Assembly (NCBI GenBank): GCA_028534125.1
Contig: CM052816.1
Coordinates: 49,788,001-49,852,000 of the forward strand
DNA from: Lama glama
Taxonomy: Eukaryota
Length of the DNA stretch: 64,000 nucleotides
Direction of reading: 5' to 3'
A program made the position numbers and the translations under genes. Of the stretch, positions 13,967-27,474 are shown in pieces (position 1 is the first letter of the stretch; every line of letters begins with the position of its first letter). The notes beneath the pieces were generated by a model, which made no database searches, was not told the DNA's origin, and saw only the letters and a program-made list of their open reading frames with translations.

Positions 13967-15479
13967 GGATACAAGGAAACCACAAAGGGTCAAGAGTAGG
14001 TCAGTATGGGCAAAAGCAGGACACTGAACATCATCATGAAGGGGTTGAGCAGACCATCCAAACCTTTCTCTCCAGTCCAACCCTGGTCAGTAAGAGCATA
14101 GGAAAAACCTTTATACCATTATACAGTTAAGCAGTTTCAAACATCATTACGGATATCAGATGGTCACCATTGATGACAATATGGTCCTGCTCCATTACAG
14201 ACAGACATTCATAAATGGGTCATTGTGAACACAGTGTATTACCTGCTATAATGGAGGCTCTAAGGAGAGCATAGATTGAAAGTTGAGAAAAGGCTTAGAG
14301 CTCTTTACATTTGAGTTTCAGATCAATATCAAATGTAGATAATTAATTCTGACATGTTAATTGATATTCATTTTGGTCCCATTCACTAATGCAAAAATAA
14401 AAAGAATAAAATTTGTCAACCATCTAGTTCCATAGTAGGCATCATGCAGTATAGAAAAAGCTGGGTTGGGGGGATGGCAATACATGTTTAGAAGGCAATA
14501 AATATTTTTTAATTACTTTCATTAAACTTTTTAGTTTGTTTTGCATGGTTTTTAAAGAAAACCTTTAGGGTGCATGTGTTAGATTGTGTTTTCCATAAAA
14601 CTTATAATAAGGAAATAATAAACTTTGTGGAAGATAGCTTAATTATATTTAGTTTCCTTACCTATCTACCTGTCATTATGAAAAACATAGCTTTATGATA
14701 GAATGTATGAAATAGTTCAGGTTTCATTGTTGCTTCATGTTTACATAATTTTGCCATAACTCTCTTATGCTGAAGGCAGCAAAACTGCAGAAACATGAGA
14801 ACAATTTATACAAAATAAATTCAGCTAACAGAACAAAGTCCTTCTTTAAAATGAATGGCTCAGTGTTAGTGGTATGATTGCAATGATAAAAACAAGTCAT
14901 GTGAAATGCCAAAAAATTAAGAACTTTGATTTTAAGCACTGAAGTACACTAGTTTTTGTTAGGCCTAGAGTTACAATATTGTGAGCAAGCAGAGTTTCTT
15001 TTAAAACATTCAGAACTTGTTTAATTATGTTACTTTTCATTTGAAGATTGAATGTGTTTTGAGGTTATGTTGCAAAAAATACATATGGTCAATATTACTA
15101 GAGAAAATTAGACAGATATCTTAAAAGTCTACCCCAGCCTTCACCTGTACATACTTCCTAAGAAGCAAAAACAAATACACATATTTTTTAAGTCCTTCCT
15201 CAGAGACTACTGTGCTTTTTTAAAATTATAAAGTATCCTAGTCATTTATAGAAAATAATGTAATACCTGAATCTAACAAACATTAACATCATGCCTTATT
15301 TACTTCATATATATTATATATACAGTAAATAATATATTACCAAAAAGTATTTACTAAAAGGGAAATGGAAACCTGTAGGGTCAAGAAAGATCACACATAA
15401 AAGAGAGAGGAAGAAAAGAAATGAATCCCTTAATAGACTTATCCTGGTTAAAGACTTCAAGTCAGACTTTAACAGCTTT

Positions 15480-16560
15480 CAAAAAACATATACCCTGTGT
15501 GTTACACAGAACACATATACCCTCTGTTTTCCATAGAAAACAGAGAGAAAAAAGGTTCACAAATTCTTTTATAAAACTATGATTTCTTGTTACTAAAACT
15601 GGGCAAACATACAAGAAATTGACTTAGAATCTCACTTGCAAAATGCAAGTCTTAAATAGAACATTACTAAATGGAACCCACCAAAGTTATAATGAAGAAA
15701 AATTTATCCCAAGAATGCATAAAATGATCAAATTTTGAAAAGAAGAAAACTTAAAAAAATCTAATGTTAATCACCAAGGTATGAAATTATATGTGAGGAA
15801 TGTATATATCTTGCTGATAGGAATATAAATTGATAAAATCATTTTGGAAATTATTTGGCATATCTTATAAAATTGCACATTCATGTACTCTACAACCAAA
15901 AAAATTCCACTCCTAGGGACATGTTCACAAAAAAATTTTGAATACTATTTATACCAGCAGACAAGTACAAGAAGGTTCATAGCATCGATTTTAAAAGATA
16001 AAACTGGAAATAATCAGATACTCATGACAGTAGAATGGGTAAATATATTGTCTTATATGTATACATGGAATATTACATAGTTATGAAAATAAATATACTT
16101 CATAACTATAAACAAACTTATAGATTAATCTCAGTAATATAATATTGAATGAAAAAAAGTCCCAAAAGATTACTATATGATACTTTTTATGAACTTTTAA
16201 AATTAAATATTATTTAGGGGTCCACTCTAGTAAAATGTGTTTGAAAAAGTAAAGAAATAGAGGAAAATGCAGCACTGAGTAACCATAGTTGAGAGAAGCA
16301 GGAAGATACACACTTAGGTATTGTCAGTGTTATGGTTCTCAAGTTGGTTGGGTTTGTGGCCGCTTATTATGTCTTAATTAAGGGAGGAATCTGTATAATC
16401 ATCTCAATATGAACAGACATAATTTAATAAAATTGAACACCTATTCATGATTTTAAAATTCTGAAACAAGTAATAGAAGGAAAAGTTCTTAATCTAATAA
16501 AATATGTCTACAGAAAAGCTATATCAAAAAGCATTCTCAGGGCAGAAACGTAATATACAT
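15480..16560 (+). mobile_element. Old L1M-type fragments (ORF2 pieces and 3' UTR)
   Basis: attttggaaattatttggcatatc...aattccactcctaggga...acaagaaggttcatagca...agtagaatgggtaaatatattg. Confidence 0.6.
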
Positions 16561-16863
16561 TCTTTTAATGTCTGGGTTTTTATTGTTGGATTACTTTTAA
16601 CTATTGTTTCCATCTTGAAAATACAAGATGTTGTTGTGACCTGAAAGTTTCCAAAAGAATATGTTCTTTCAGAATAATTCTTCGCAGTTTACCTTCCAGT
16701 CTGCCCAACGACAGTGACGTTTCTTGCTCCTAAAGCATAATCTCTTCCTGATGGTTTATGTCACTTGCTGTTACTTGTTAATGAAAGTGTCATTCTACAA
16801 AGGAGTTGGAGACAATGAATTATAAGGCCATGGTTTCTTCTCAGAATACAGGGTATTAAAAAG

Positions 16864-17702
16864 CATGTCTGGTATTTCCTCCATAAGTTTTTTTGCTGCA
16901 AACATTTTTGCCACATAACTAATTGGCCATGAGGCAATTTTGCCCTGAAAGAATAGCTGGTTGACAGTTTTGGGTGTGACAGTTTGTTTTCAACTGGATG
17001 AAACACATTAGTATTTCTTCCAGTTAGCAATGTTATTGGAAGCTTTATCAAGCTGACAGATGACAACAATTTGCCCCAAGAGTTGGTTCCTTATTTTGAA
17101 ACACTTTGCATTGGAATAGGGAGAGTCCAGCCAAGGGCCTGGATGGCATAGAGTTGCCACATTTCCCATAGAACTTGGGAACATCTATCTTACGGACATA
17201 TGACAGTATGCCAAATACCAACAACAGTGTTCACAGTACAATAGCTCAGGTATAAATATGCATTCTAGTACTTGGAAATGGATAACTCTCTTAATGGAGA
17301 ATGACGTTTTAGCAAAAAAGAAAAAGTGTGATGCCCAATGAAGGGTCAAACCAACAAGCAAAAAAAAAAAAAAACCCCACACCAAACAGTATAAGATACT
17401 ATGAATGAAAAACTTGGAAGACAAGTATGTGGGTTCAACCCACAAAATAAAATGTTGTTCGCACAGTTATTGCTATGAATCTACACACATTTTACATGTA
17501 TTCAAATATTTAATACTTCATAACAAAGTCTTTAATTTTGTTACTCATTTTTCATGTTTAATGTTTCTGTCCTTTTTAATGTCCTTCTTACAGTTATTTT
17601 TATTGTTTATGGCAAATTTGCCTTATAACCAATTATGTGACAAAAATGTTTGCAGCAAAGGTGTCTACAGCTAAGATACTTATGGCAAAAGTACCTAGAA
17701 CC
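16864..17702 (+). mobile_element. MULE/MuDR (Ricksha-like) internally deleted DNA transposon
   Basis: Perfect 9-bp TSD attaaaaag (16855-16863 and 17703-17711), ~80-100-bp imperfect TIRs, and frameshifted peptide remnants LVFLPVSNVIGSFIKL...ELVPYFETLCIG, TFPIELGNIY, MPNTNNSV and HSSTWKWITLL resembling a MULE transposase C-terminus. Confidence 0.85.
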
Positions 17703-20700
17703 ATTAAAAAGTCAGTAAATTATATCTGTGACCTCCGTCCCAAGTGTGCCCTAAAGGGAGACTTGCAAAAAGTAATTTGTGTTGGACCTATAGTGATTCT
17801 GTTTAATGTATAGATGTGTCAAAGCTTGTATTCTGATTCATAAACTAACGGGTATTTCAGCATTTCTTGAAATGGACCAGATTTCTCCGTGAAGGGAAAA
17901 ACATGTCAAAATAATCTGTTTAGGCATGACAAGCCACAAGATAAGAGACAACTCTTGTGAGTTGTTTATAAGGATGAACTTTTTTTTTTAATACTTCCTT
18001 GCTGCCTGGTTCCACTGTAAATAACTTTCTGAAATTATATTTTTAGTGTTATTCTAATAATTTCTACATAATTCCTCTTTTTTAAAAAAATCATTGTTTG
18101 AATTTCATCTTTGGACTTCAGGATCCTTAAGCACTTAAATCAGATAAAGGGAAGTATACTTCAATTGCTTGTTTCTTTCTTTCTTTTTTTTTTTTTTTGC
18201 AAATTATGTTTAAAATGCCAGAAGCTTATGCCTGAAGTCTGAGGTGGAATATCAAAAACAATCGCAAAGGTGTTCAACCATTGGCAGGGGGTAGGGTTGT
18301 TATCTCATGAAATTCACTTAAATTTCTAAGTGGGCCTTCAGTGAAGTGAAGTATAACTTGGGAGAGTTTTTAAACTCTTAAATACATATGCAAAGAAAAG
18401 TAAGTTAGTATAATGAGTTTGTTCCAAGTGATTTATTAATCCCATACCTAATTTAAAACTGTAGTTTATGAGCTATTTTGCAGTAATAGAAAATACAGTG
18501 CATGAATAGTTTTAAAGAATGTGATTTTTAAAATATGAGATTGTTTGGAGCTGACTGCACAAAGAAATGAACTCTTGTTCTGAAATGAGCACATATACAA
18601 GAGTCCCTTAAATAAAGTGCCACTTCTCAAAAGAAGGAGAGTATGAGCATCTTATTGTTCACAAGCAATCAAGAAGAACATATTTTATGAAAGTTACATA
18701 CCCCATACTTGCGCCATAACAGTATAACTGTTAAGCATATACTGATTTGGGGCTTCATTATAGATATATCCAGGCCATACTGTGCTGTGGGACTTAATTA
18801 AAATATGTTCATCAGATAGTAGTCAGATTTTATCAGCATTCAGAGCCCAGTTTTATATTCTGACACTTAATAAGCTCAAAAAGACCTTGAACACTGTATT
18901 AAGAAGAATAAGTAGGAAATTAATATAGGGACCTAAAGGAGAATCTGACGAGATTCAGATTTCAAGTGTAGAACAGCTGCTCCTTATTTCTACTCGGGAA
19001 CAAAACAAATGGAAATTAACGTCAATAGCAGCAGAAGAATACGGATAAGACGTTTTCACCATGAAGAAATTAATATAAATAAATAAAACATGTTGATTTT
19101 GTGCGTATGCAGTGAGGGACTCTAACCCTGGCTTCTAATGAGGCTCTGACAGTTGTAACCTGTGGTGACTAGAGTCCTGATGAACCAGATAGCCATCTGC
19201 GGGTTCCGGGGAGTTCATTCTTCCTTTGCAACTAAAATGCTGACAGTGTTACTGACTACGCATTTCAGTGGAAATAATTTGTATCCTTTTTATCCATACT
19301 ATATGCATACTCTGGACAAAAGTTTTGTTTTTTTTAATAAGTCACCCTTTAGGGCATTGCACCTTCTGTGTCAGTGGCTCTTAACCCTGTAATCCGGGGG
19401 CACTTTTCTTCCAGGGGGACCCATCCTCCACTCCTTCCCCTCCCACTCTGATCGCTTCAGAGCAATGCACTGACCTGGGCTGTTTTTCAACTGTTGACAC
19501 TGATGGTCCATTTTCCCAAAGCAATTTGAAGCCTTTATCTCATCCTGATTCCTGAGAGGCCATGCCCCTTTCCACTTTCCTTTGTAAGAACAAGATGGAA
19601 AAGGTTACGTCTAGGTTTCTTTGCATTGTTGTTGTTTTAGCCTAAAAGTCAAATCAGGATAAAACATGCATATATATCCAGTTAAGATTGAAAAATCTAG
19701 AATTAAGGCTTATGCGTCCAATGAAACAAAATAATGTATAGGACTTTACAGATGATCTACGTATTGTGGGAATGACAAAGTTTTATATCAGTATAAAAGG
19801 CACAGCTCCTAGCAAGCGTGATGCATAAAAATATGTTGTGTGTTCTGTCAACTTTCCTACCTTACAAGGGCCTCTAAATATTTAAGATATGCAATGTGAT
19901 TTGCCTCTGCAGTATACCTTAAGCTGTGGATGTTTTATTTTCAGAGTTCTCGTGCTTTCCCTTTATGTGTCACAGAACAAGAAGATTTATGTAAATATAC
20001 ATATTGACACACACATTTGTGTATAGATGTTTGGTGCTTGTAAATGTCAGCCTCTAAGATATAGAAGGGTTATACAAAACACAAACGCCTTTGATAAAAT
20101 TATATTCAATAAAGTAGTTGTCAGAGATATATATTCAGTAGTTCTTTCAAGTGAACAGCCAACCAAATTCTAGCTACTGAAGTGCATGCCACGTCAGTGA
20201 ATTTTCAGCTATCTAAAAGAGCCTGGCACTTTCCACCTAGGATCTCCTCTCACCGTGCTTTCTAAAAGCACTAAATAAAAGCTACTTTAACTCCTATTTA
20301 AAAGTTGTGTTATTGTTTTCTAAACTACATGTAAATCATTCACCAGTAATTTTCTTTGTTTTCTACTTCATTTGGGCATCAGCACTGCTGTAATTGAAGT
20401 ATCTAAATAACATTTATTGGGTATCATCAAGCTATTTGATCAAAGCCTAGTACTGTCTCCATTAACCAATTAATAACTACCCTATCAATTATAGACTAAT
20501 TCAATTAGTCACCAACCTGAATTATTGTTCATAGAGTAAGTTAAAGTTCCCAGCCTAATCAAAATCAGGCTCAGAAGGTAAATAACAAAGATATTCTTTA
20601 TTTAACTAATTCTTCTTTCTCAGGCTGATCTTATTTTTGATGAACTCAGCAGAAAGTCACTTTCAGTAACCCAGTGGGAAAAGTATGATTATTTCCCCTA

Positions 20701-21016
20701 AAAATTTTCTGAATTTTATATTTTTATCTAGTATGTTTTAGTTTTGCTGACATAGGATTTGGAGAAATTGGGTAATAGCTTACCTGTTAATTTGACGTAA
20801 ATTTTATTTACTTGTAACTATAGTTGTTTGAGAATAATTTTAAAAACAATTCAAAAATAAAATTTATATAGACTATTACAAAAAAAGAACAGAAAATCAA
20901 ATTATTTTCTCTTTATATGTCATGCTTTAAATAAATCATCACAAGGGCATTAGATTCATTCCTTTTACTATTATTTTGTTAACTCCAAATGTTTATAGTT
21001 TTGGTTTTTATTTTTT

Positions 21017-21066
21017 TTAACATTTTTTATTGATTTATAATCATTTTACAATGTTGTGTCAAATCT
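21017..21066 (-). mobile_element. ~50-bp L1 3' terminus nested in the A-tail of an older L1
   Basis: aacattttttattgatttataatcattttacaatgttgtgtcaaat flanked by the duplication gtttttatttttt (21004-21016 / 21067-21079). Confidence 0.6.
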
Positions 21067-22513
21067 GTTTTTATTTTTTATTGAAGTATAGTTGTACAGC
21101 AAAGTGATTCAGTTATACATATATATATTCTTTTTCAGATTCTTTTCCATTATAGGTTATTAGAAGATATTGAATATAGTTCCCTGTGCTATACAATAGG
21201 TTTTGTTACCTGTTTTATATATAGAATCTGCATCTGCTAATCCTAAACTCTTAATTTATCCTTCCCCCCACCTTTCCCCTTTGGTACCTATAAGTTTTTC
21301 CATATCTGTGAGTCTGTTTCTGTTTTTGTATGTGTGTGTGTGTATACACACATACACATTTATATCACATTTTCTTTATTCATTCATCAGTCGATGGACA
21401 CTTAGGTTGCTTCCATGTCTTGGCTGTTATAAGTAGTGCTGCTGTGAACACTGGGATATATATATATATATTTTCAAGGTAAAGTTTTCTCCAGATATAT
21501 GCCTAGGAGTGGGTTTTCTGGTCCACGTGGTAACTCTATTTTTAGTTTTTTAAGGAACCTCCATACTATTCCCCATAGTGGCTGCATCAATTTACATTCC
21601 CACCAACAGTGTAGGAGAGTTCCACACATTCTCCAGCATTTATTATTTATAGACTTTTTGATGATGGCCATGATGACCTGTGTGAGGTGGTACCTCGTAT
21701 AGTTTTGATCTGCATTTCTCTAATAATTTGTGATGTGGAGCAACTTTTCACGTGCCTATTAGCCATCTAGATGTCTCCTTCGGAGAAAAGTCTGTTTGGA
21801 TCTTCTGCACGTTTTTGGATTCAGTTGATTTTGTTTGTTTTATTTTGTTTTTTGACATTGAGCTGTATGAGCTGTTTGTATATTTTGGAAATTAATCCCT
21901 TGTTGATTGCATCATTTGCAAATATTTTCTCGTGTTCCATAGGTTGTCTTTTTGTTTTGTTTATGATTTCCTTCTCTATGCAAAAGCTGTTAGATTGAAT
22001 TAGGTCCTACATGTTTGCTTTTGTTTCCATTACTCTAGGAGATGGATCCAAAAGAACTATTGTTGTAATTTATGTCAAAGAGGATTCTATCTATGTTTTC
22101 CTCTAGGAGTTTTAATATATCTCAGTCTCACATTTAAGTCTTTAATCCATTTTGAGTTTATTTTTGCATGTGGTGTTAGAGAATGTTCTAATTTCATTCT
22201 TTTACATGTAGCTGTCCAGTTTTCCCAGCATCACTTACTGAAGAAACTGTCTTTTTTCTATTGTACATTCTTATCTCCTTTGTCATAGATTAATTAACCA
22301 TAAGTGTGTGGGTTTATTTCTGGGCTTTCTATGCTGTTCCATTGACCCATGTGTCTCTCTCTGTGCCAGTACAATACTGTTTTGACTACTGTAGCTTTGT
22401 AGTATAGTCTGAAGTCAAGGAGCCTGATTCCTCCAGCTCTATTCATTTTCCTCAAGATTACTTTGACTATTCAGGGTCTTTTGTGTTTCATGAAAATTAA
22501 AAATTTTTTTTTT
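21067..22513 (-). mobile_element. L1 3' portion (3' UTR plus ORF2 C-terminus)
   Basis: ORF track 21474..21671(-) [13 protein letters not shown]...[10 protein letters not shown]...[12 protein letters not shown] is the L1 ORF2 cysteine-rich end. Confidence 0.93.
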
Positions 22514-23011
22514 ATTGGTGTGATGGGACATTGAGAAGTAGAGTGCTGGCCACAGCATGCAGTTTCTGGCTATGGTAAAGTGACCTCCAGGCCCTTGGTC
22601 CATAGAACAAACTTTGGGTCTTGGCCACCCCTGTCCTGATTCAGATGTTGGAATCTCCATACTGTAGTTACCGGAAGCTCTGCCCAGAGCCTGGAAAGTC
22701 ACCGACTGCTCATAGTTGTATGCATACTTCATGGATGATGGGAAGGGAATCAAAGGCTGCATCAGTCACAACTGATAGGTTAAATGTGATAAAATCATGT
22801 AAGTGATTTCCTGATAAGCTCAACATAGGAACATTTAAAATCAGGTCTGCTTTCTCAGCTCCAGAGGAAACTTCCAAATGTAGTTCTTACAAATATATTT
22901 GAGAAAATTCACCCAGGCTTCACTAAAACTCTGTGTAAAGATAATTCTAAGTGAAAGTCCATCTATCAAGATGTTCTTACTAAATCTCAAGAAAGTTTAA
23001 AAGATAAAAAC

Positions 23012-23185
23012 AAAGACGCTGAAGAAAGAAATTGAAGACCACACAGACAAATGGAAAGATACACAGTGTTCTTGGATTGGAAGAATCAATATTGTTAAAA
23101 TGACCATACTACCCAAGGCAATTTACAGATTCCAATGCAATCTCTATCAAATTACCAATGGCACTTTTCACAAAACTAAAACAAA
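23012..23185 (+). mobile_element. L1 ORF2 fragment, inverted relative to and sequence-contiguous with the 21067-22513 L1
   Basis: aaatggaaagatacacagtgttcttggattggaagaatcaatattgttaaaatgaccatactacccaaggc. Its reverse complement continues the minus-strand copy, as seen intact at 32541-32710. Confidence 0.88.
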
Positions 23186-23329
23186 GCATTTTTACTGATT
23201 TCTTGTTCTCTCTGTTCAAGGAAGGGAAAATAAAACAAGATTATATTGGGCTTATTTTTACATATGCAGAACAAGAAAAGGATAGAAATTATTCTAAAGG
23301 TATGAAGAAAACTGTAAAGGTGGAAAATT

Positions 23330-25230
23330 TTTTTTTTACAGAAACTACAGATTACTAGAATATATATGAAGGGATTTTCTCCATGAGTAATAGATGAATG
23401 CTGGGAGGATGAGGAGGGGTCTTAAGTAATGTATTTCAAGGAAATTTTTTAAGTTAGCAGCAGGCATTCCATTTTAAAAATCAAATCCATAATATTGAGG
23501 GCAAAATGGAGAAACTCTGAAAATACAAAGGCGAATAATATTAAAAAATGATGAATGAGAAAGTATTATAAATAGGAAAAATTAGAAGTAAAGAGCCAGT
23601 CTTTGGATAATTGACCTTCTAGTGAGAGACATCAGAAGAAGCAGAAGCAAAATTTTAAAATGTAAGAAAAGAAAACCTTGTGAGCACACCTCCCTCCCCA
23701 GAAATGAGTTTACAGCTAGAATGGATCTACTTTTCTTCTATTCAGAAGCAATTAAAGAGACCTTACCAAGATACATCCTGGTATGTGATGATGATGATTT
23801 ATAGTTTTGATTTTAAGAATAAAGAGCAAACCTTGTAACTACCAGCCAGATAGAAGGGAAAATAAAAACAAAGAAAAAATGGATTATTCAACAAAAAGTG
23901 TTGAGAAAATGACATTTTTATAAAAATCAAAGTATGAACCTTCTGTCACGTCATATATATGCATAAAGCCAAGAAGATTTAGATGTTAAAAGAAGGAAGG
24001 AAGGAAGGAAAGCTAAGAAAGAAAACACAGAGGAAATCATAGAAGAACATGTAAATAATTTTTAACTGATCTAATGAAGTAGAAGGTCTTTTTAGGCATA
24101 CAATAATATTCAGTCACAAAGGAAGTGATTGATAGATGTGAGTATAGGAAAATTAAAAACGTGTATGGAAACAAAATTAAATGACATAGCATATTAGGAA
24201 AAATGCAATAAATATAACAAAAGCCAATATTGATATTACATAAATTATTCTCAAATACGAACAAGAAAATCTCTAATCCCAGAAGTATTAGAGGACATTA
24301 AAAAGACATTAATAATAATATATGTTATTAGTAAGACTGAACAATTAGGAGAATGTAAATTAAATGCCACTTGTCACCATTTATGTACATTAAATGTAAA
24401 AAATGCTATTTTTCACATTGTCAAAAATATAAAATCATATAAAACATAAGACTGGTCAGTATGTAGAGAAAAAATTACCATATACAACAGCTGGAAGTAT
24501 ATAACTTTCCTGGAAACAAATGAAACAACGTATATGTCATGTTTGAAATAGCAGATCCTTTATGTATAAGGAAACAGTTGCAGCAGTGAGTAAATCTGCA
24601 AATATGAATATCAAGAGACCAATAAGAATTAACTCTGGATAATAGAGTTTTGGTTATTTTATCTGAATTCCTTGTATCTCTTCACACCATGTGAAACACT
24701 CATGACTATTTATTACTTTTATGTTTAGAAAATAAACCTATTTTTCATATTCCTTGACCAAATACTCTTAATTATATGAATTTATCATATGTCAATGAGA
24801 TATGTGGCCAAATGAAAGGACTAGGATTCAATGAAAGTATTAATTTTCATAGAAAATTTAAGGATACAGGGAGGAGTAAATGTTTTACAGTAAATAAATG
24901 ATTGTGGTAAATTCTTAAAATGGCTTGTTAGGATAAAAAAAAAGTTTTAAAAATAGTTTATTGACGTAGAGAATTACTAGTGAAATATTAAGAAAAAAAG
25001 AATGATTTGACCTGCAAATATGGACTAAAAGTACAACCAACGCATGGTAACCAATAATATTGTTCAAATGCCAAATACAACAAATTTGTGTAAAACATCC
25101 ACACTTAAGGGGGATGAAAGCATTGATTGTATCTCATGGTTAGACAGAGTTGTTTTTGATTCTTCTCTGTATTTCTCAATTGTTCTTCATAGCTTGTATT
25201 TTATAATGAGGAAAATTATTAAAAATATTA
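23330..25230 (+). mobile_element. Highly degraded old L1M-type sequence
   Basis: A-rich sequence with faint L1 ORF1/ORF2-end phrases (accaagatacatcctgg; agaaggtctttttaggcata...tgatagatgtgagtataggaaaattaaaaac). Confidence 0.4.
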
Positions 25231-26399
25231 AATATGTAATGTTCATAGTTATGCTGTCTCCCATCCTTAGTTAAAATATGCAGTTCAACTACCTACATGA
25301 GTCCAAACCCTATTGCAGCCAAGTGCAATAAAATGAAGTATGTATGTGCTTTACATGGAGCTAGCATTATATACCGTTGTTTCATGTAATGTTATGGTAA
25401 ACAATTCTTTATTGAAACCAAAATGTCTGACTCTTTTGTCTATAATTCAAGTTTTAAATACAGATAATTATATTAGCCTCAAAGTTATTTACGTTTAATG
25501 AGTTAGCTTTACAAACCTTCATGAAGTTATATATGAAAAATGTGTAATCCAAAATCACTGATACAGCATAAAAGCAAAAACTAGAGCGCTGTAGATGGAG
25601 CTGAGTGGCATATTTCTGTGGCAAACCTCTTTCGTCTTTTTGTTCACTTTCCTTGCGCACCTGTTTATCTGTATCACTTTTCATTTTCCTCACCCCTTTA
25701 AGAACATCTCCATGAAAATCAACGCACTTTCCTTGGTCTGCCCTGTCTCCTTTCAGGGAGCCATCTGTCAGGGTGTTATACTGAAGTGTAGATAATCTGA
25801 AATGTAGTTTCTCTTGAACTTTCTCAAACAAATGTTCTTAGTTTTTCCTACCCTGGTTTTCTAAGTTAGACCCTAAAAATATTTATGCTTGGTTAAAACC
25901 TTACAGGATGTTTCACAGCAAAAGTTACATTCCTACATAACGCTCATGCAGTTTTTCCTTTACTTACACATCACTTAAGCCTCTATATATATCGTTCTTT
26001 TTTCACTTTTATTAAAGGAAATAAATTATTCACTATAATTTGGAATATAACTTTCTCTTAATATTATTTTAGAACCATCTCCCCATTATAATATAATCTT
26101 AATATTTAAATGGAGCTGCACAAAATTCCATAAATTTATATTATTCTTTGTTAATCATTTCACCCATAAATGTGAATTTTAGTTACTTTAAATGTTCTCT
26201 ACTTTAAGTAACAATGACATGACTGTCTCTGTACATCCTAAGAAGGTGACCAAAATATGCTATGATCAAGAAGTGGCTTCTAGGAGAATCTGGCCACCCA
26301 GTTTCCGTTTCTATATTTATGTTTCTAAAAAGGTGCTCTGAGACTGATTAAATAGATTCTTCCCCCCAATTTATTTGTTTTATAGTTAACAGTTTTTAT

Positions 26400-26620
26400 A
26401 TAGTCCTTACTATGTTCTATTTATTCTTTTATGCATTTAATAAATATTAACTCATTGAATTCTCATAAAATCCATAAAATCCTAATCATGGGACTATTAT
26501 TCTAATTTTTTTTTTCAGATGAGGATGTAGAAAGGTAAAGTAGCTTGCCCACGGGTATATAGTTAGCAAAAGTAGAGAGCCAGTCTGGAAACTGAGACCA
26601 TTCAGCTCTGCCAGAATAGG
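26400..26620 (-). mobile_element. MIR SINE
   Basis: ctcattgaattctcat...ttttcagatgaggatgtagaaaggtaaagtagcttgcccacgg. Confidence 0.65.
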
Positions 26621-26664
26621 CTGCCTCTCACAATCACATTCCTGAAGGGTGGAGAGGATTTTTT

Positions 26665-27154
26665 TTTTTATTGAAGAATAGTTGAGTTACAGTGTTATGT
26701 TAGTTTCTGGTGTATAGCAAAGTAATTCAGTTTTATGTGTGTGTGTGTGTGTGTGTGTGTATTGCGTGTGTGTACATACATATATATATATTCTTTTTCA
26801 GATTCTTTTCCATTATAGTTTATTACAAGATATTGAATATAGTTCCCTGTGCTATACAGTAGGTCCTTGTGGTTTATCTATTTTATATATAGTAGGTTGC
26901 ATCTGCTCATGCCAAACTCCTAATCTATTCCCCCCACCCCCACTGCTTATCCTTTGGTAACCATACATTTGTTTTCTTTGTCTGTGAGTCTGTTTCTGTT
27001 TCACAAATAAAATCATTTGTATCATTTTTTTTAGGTTCCACATATAAGTGATATATGATATTTGTCTTTCTCTGTCTGACTTAAACTCTAGATCCATCCA
27101 TGTTGCCCCAATTGGCATTATTTCATTGTTCTTTATGGTTAAGTAGTATTCCAT

Positions 27155-27203
<49 letters not shown>

Positions 27204-27474
27204 TCTTTATCCAGTCATCTGTCGATGGACATTTAGGATGCTTCGATGTCTTGGCTATTGTAAATAATGCTGCTACGAACATGGGGGTGTACGCATCTTT
27301 TCATATTAGAGTTTTGTTCTTTTCCAGTATATGTCCAGGTGTGGGATTGCTGGATCATATGGTAACTCTCTCTATTTGCAGTTTTTTAAGGAACCTCCAT
27401 ACTGTTGTCATTAGTGGCTGCATCAATTTGCATTCCTATCAACAGTGTAAGAGTGTTCCCATTTCTCCACACTC
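26665..27474 (-). mobile_element. 5'-truncated L1 with TSD, containing (TG)n and (TA)n(CA)n(TA)n microsatellites
   Basis: TSD tggagaggatttttt at 26650-26664 and 27475-27489; L1 3' UTR/ORF2-end sequence. Confidence 0.92.

Noticed and set aside
20494..20510. Palindrome gactaatt-c-aattagtc containing a paired-homeodomain P3 site (TAATTCAATTA)
   Set aside because: About one or two such matches are expected by chance in 64 kb of AT-rich DNA, and no conservation data are available.
22439..22762. 107-aa minus-strand ORF running into the L1, as a possible retrocopy
   Set aside because: No protein family recognised. The A-run at the junction can be explained by L1 sequence; kept only within the inversion finding.
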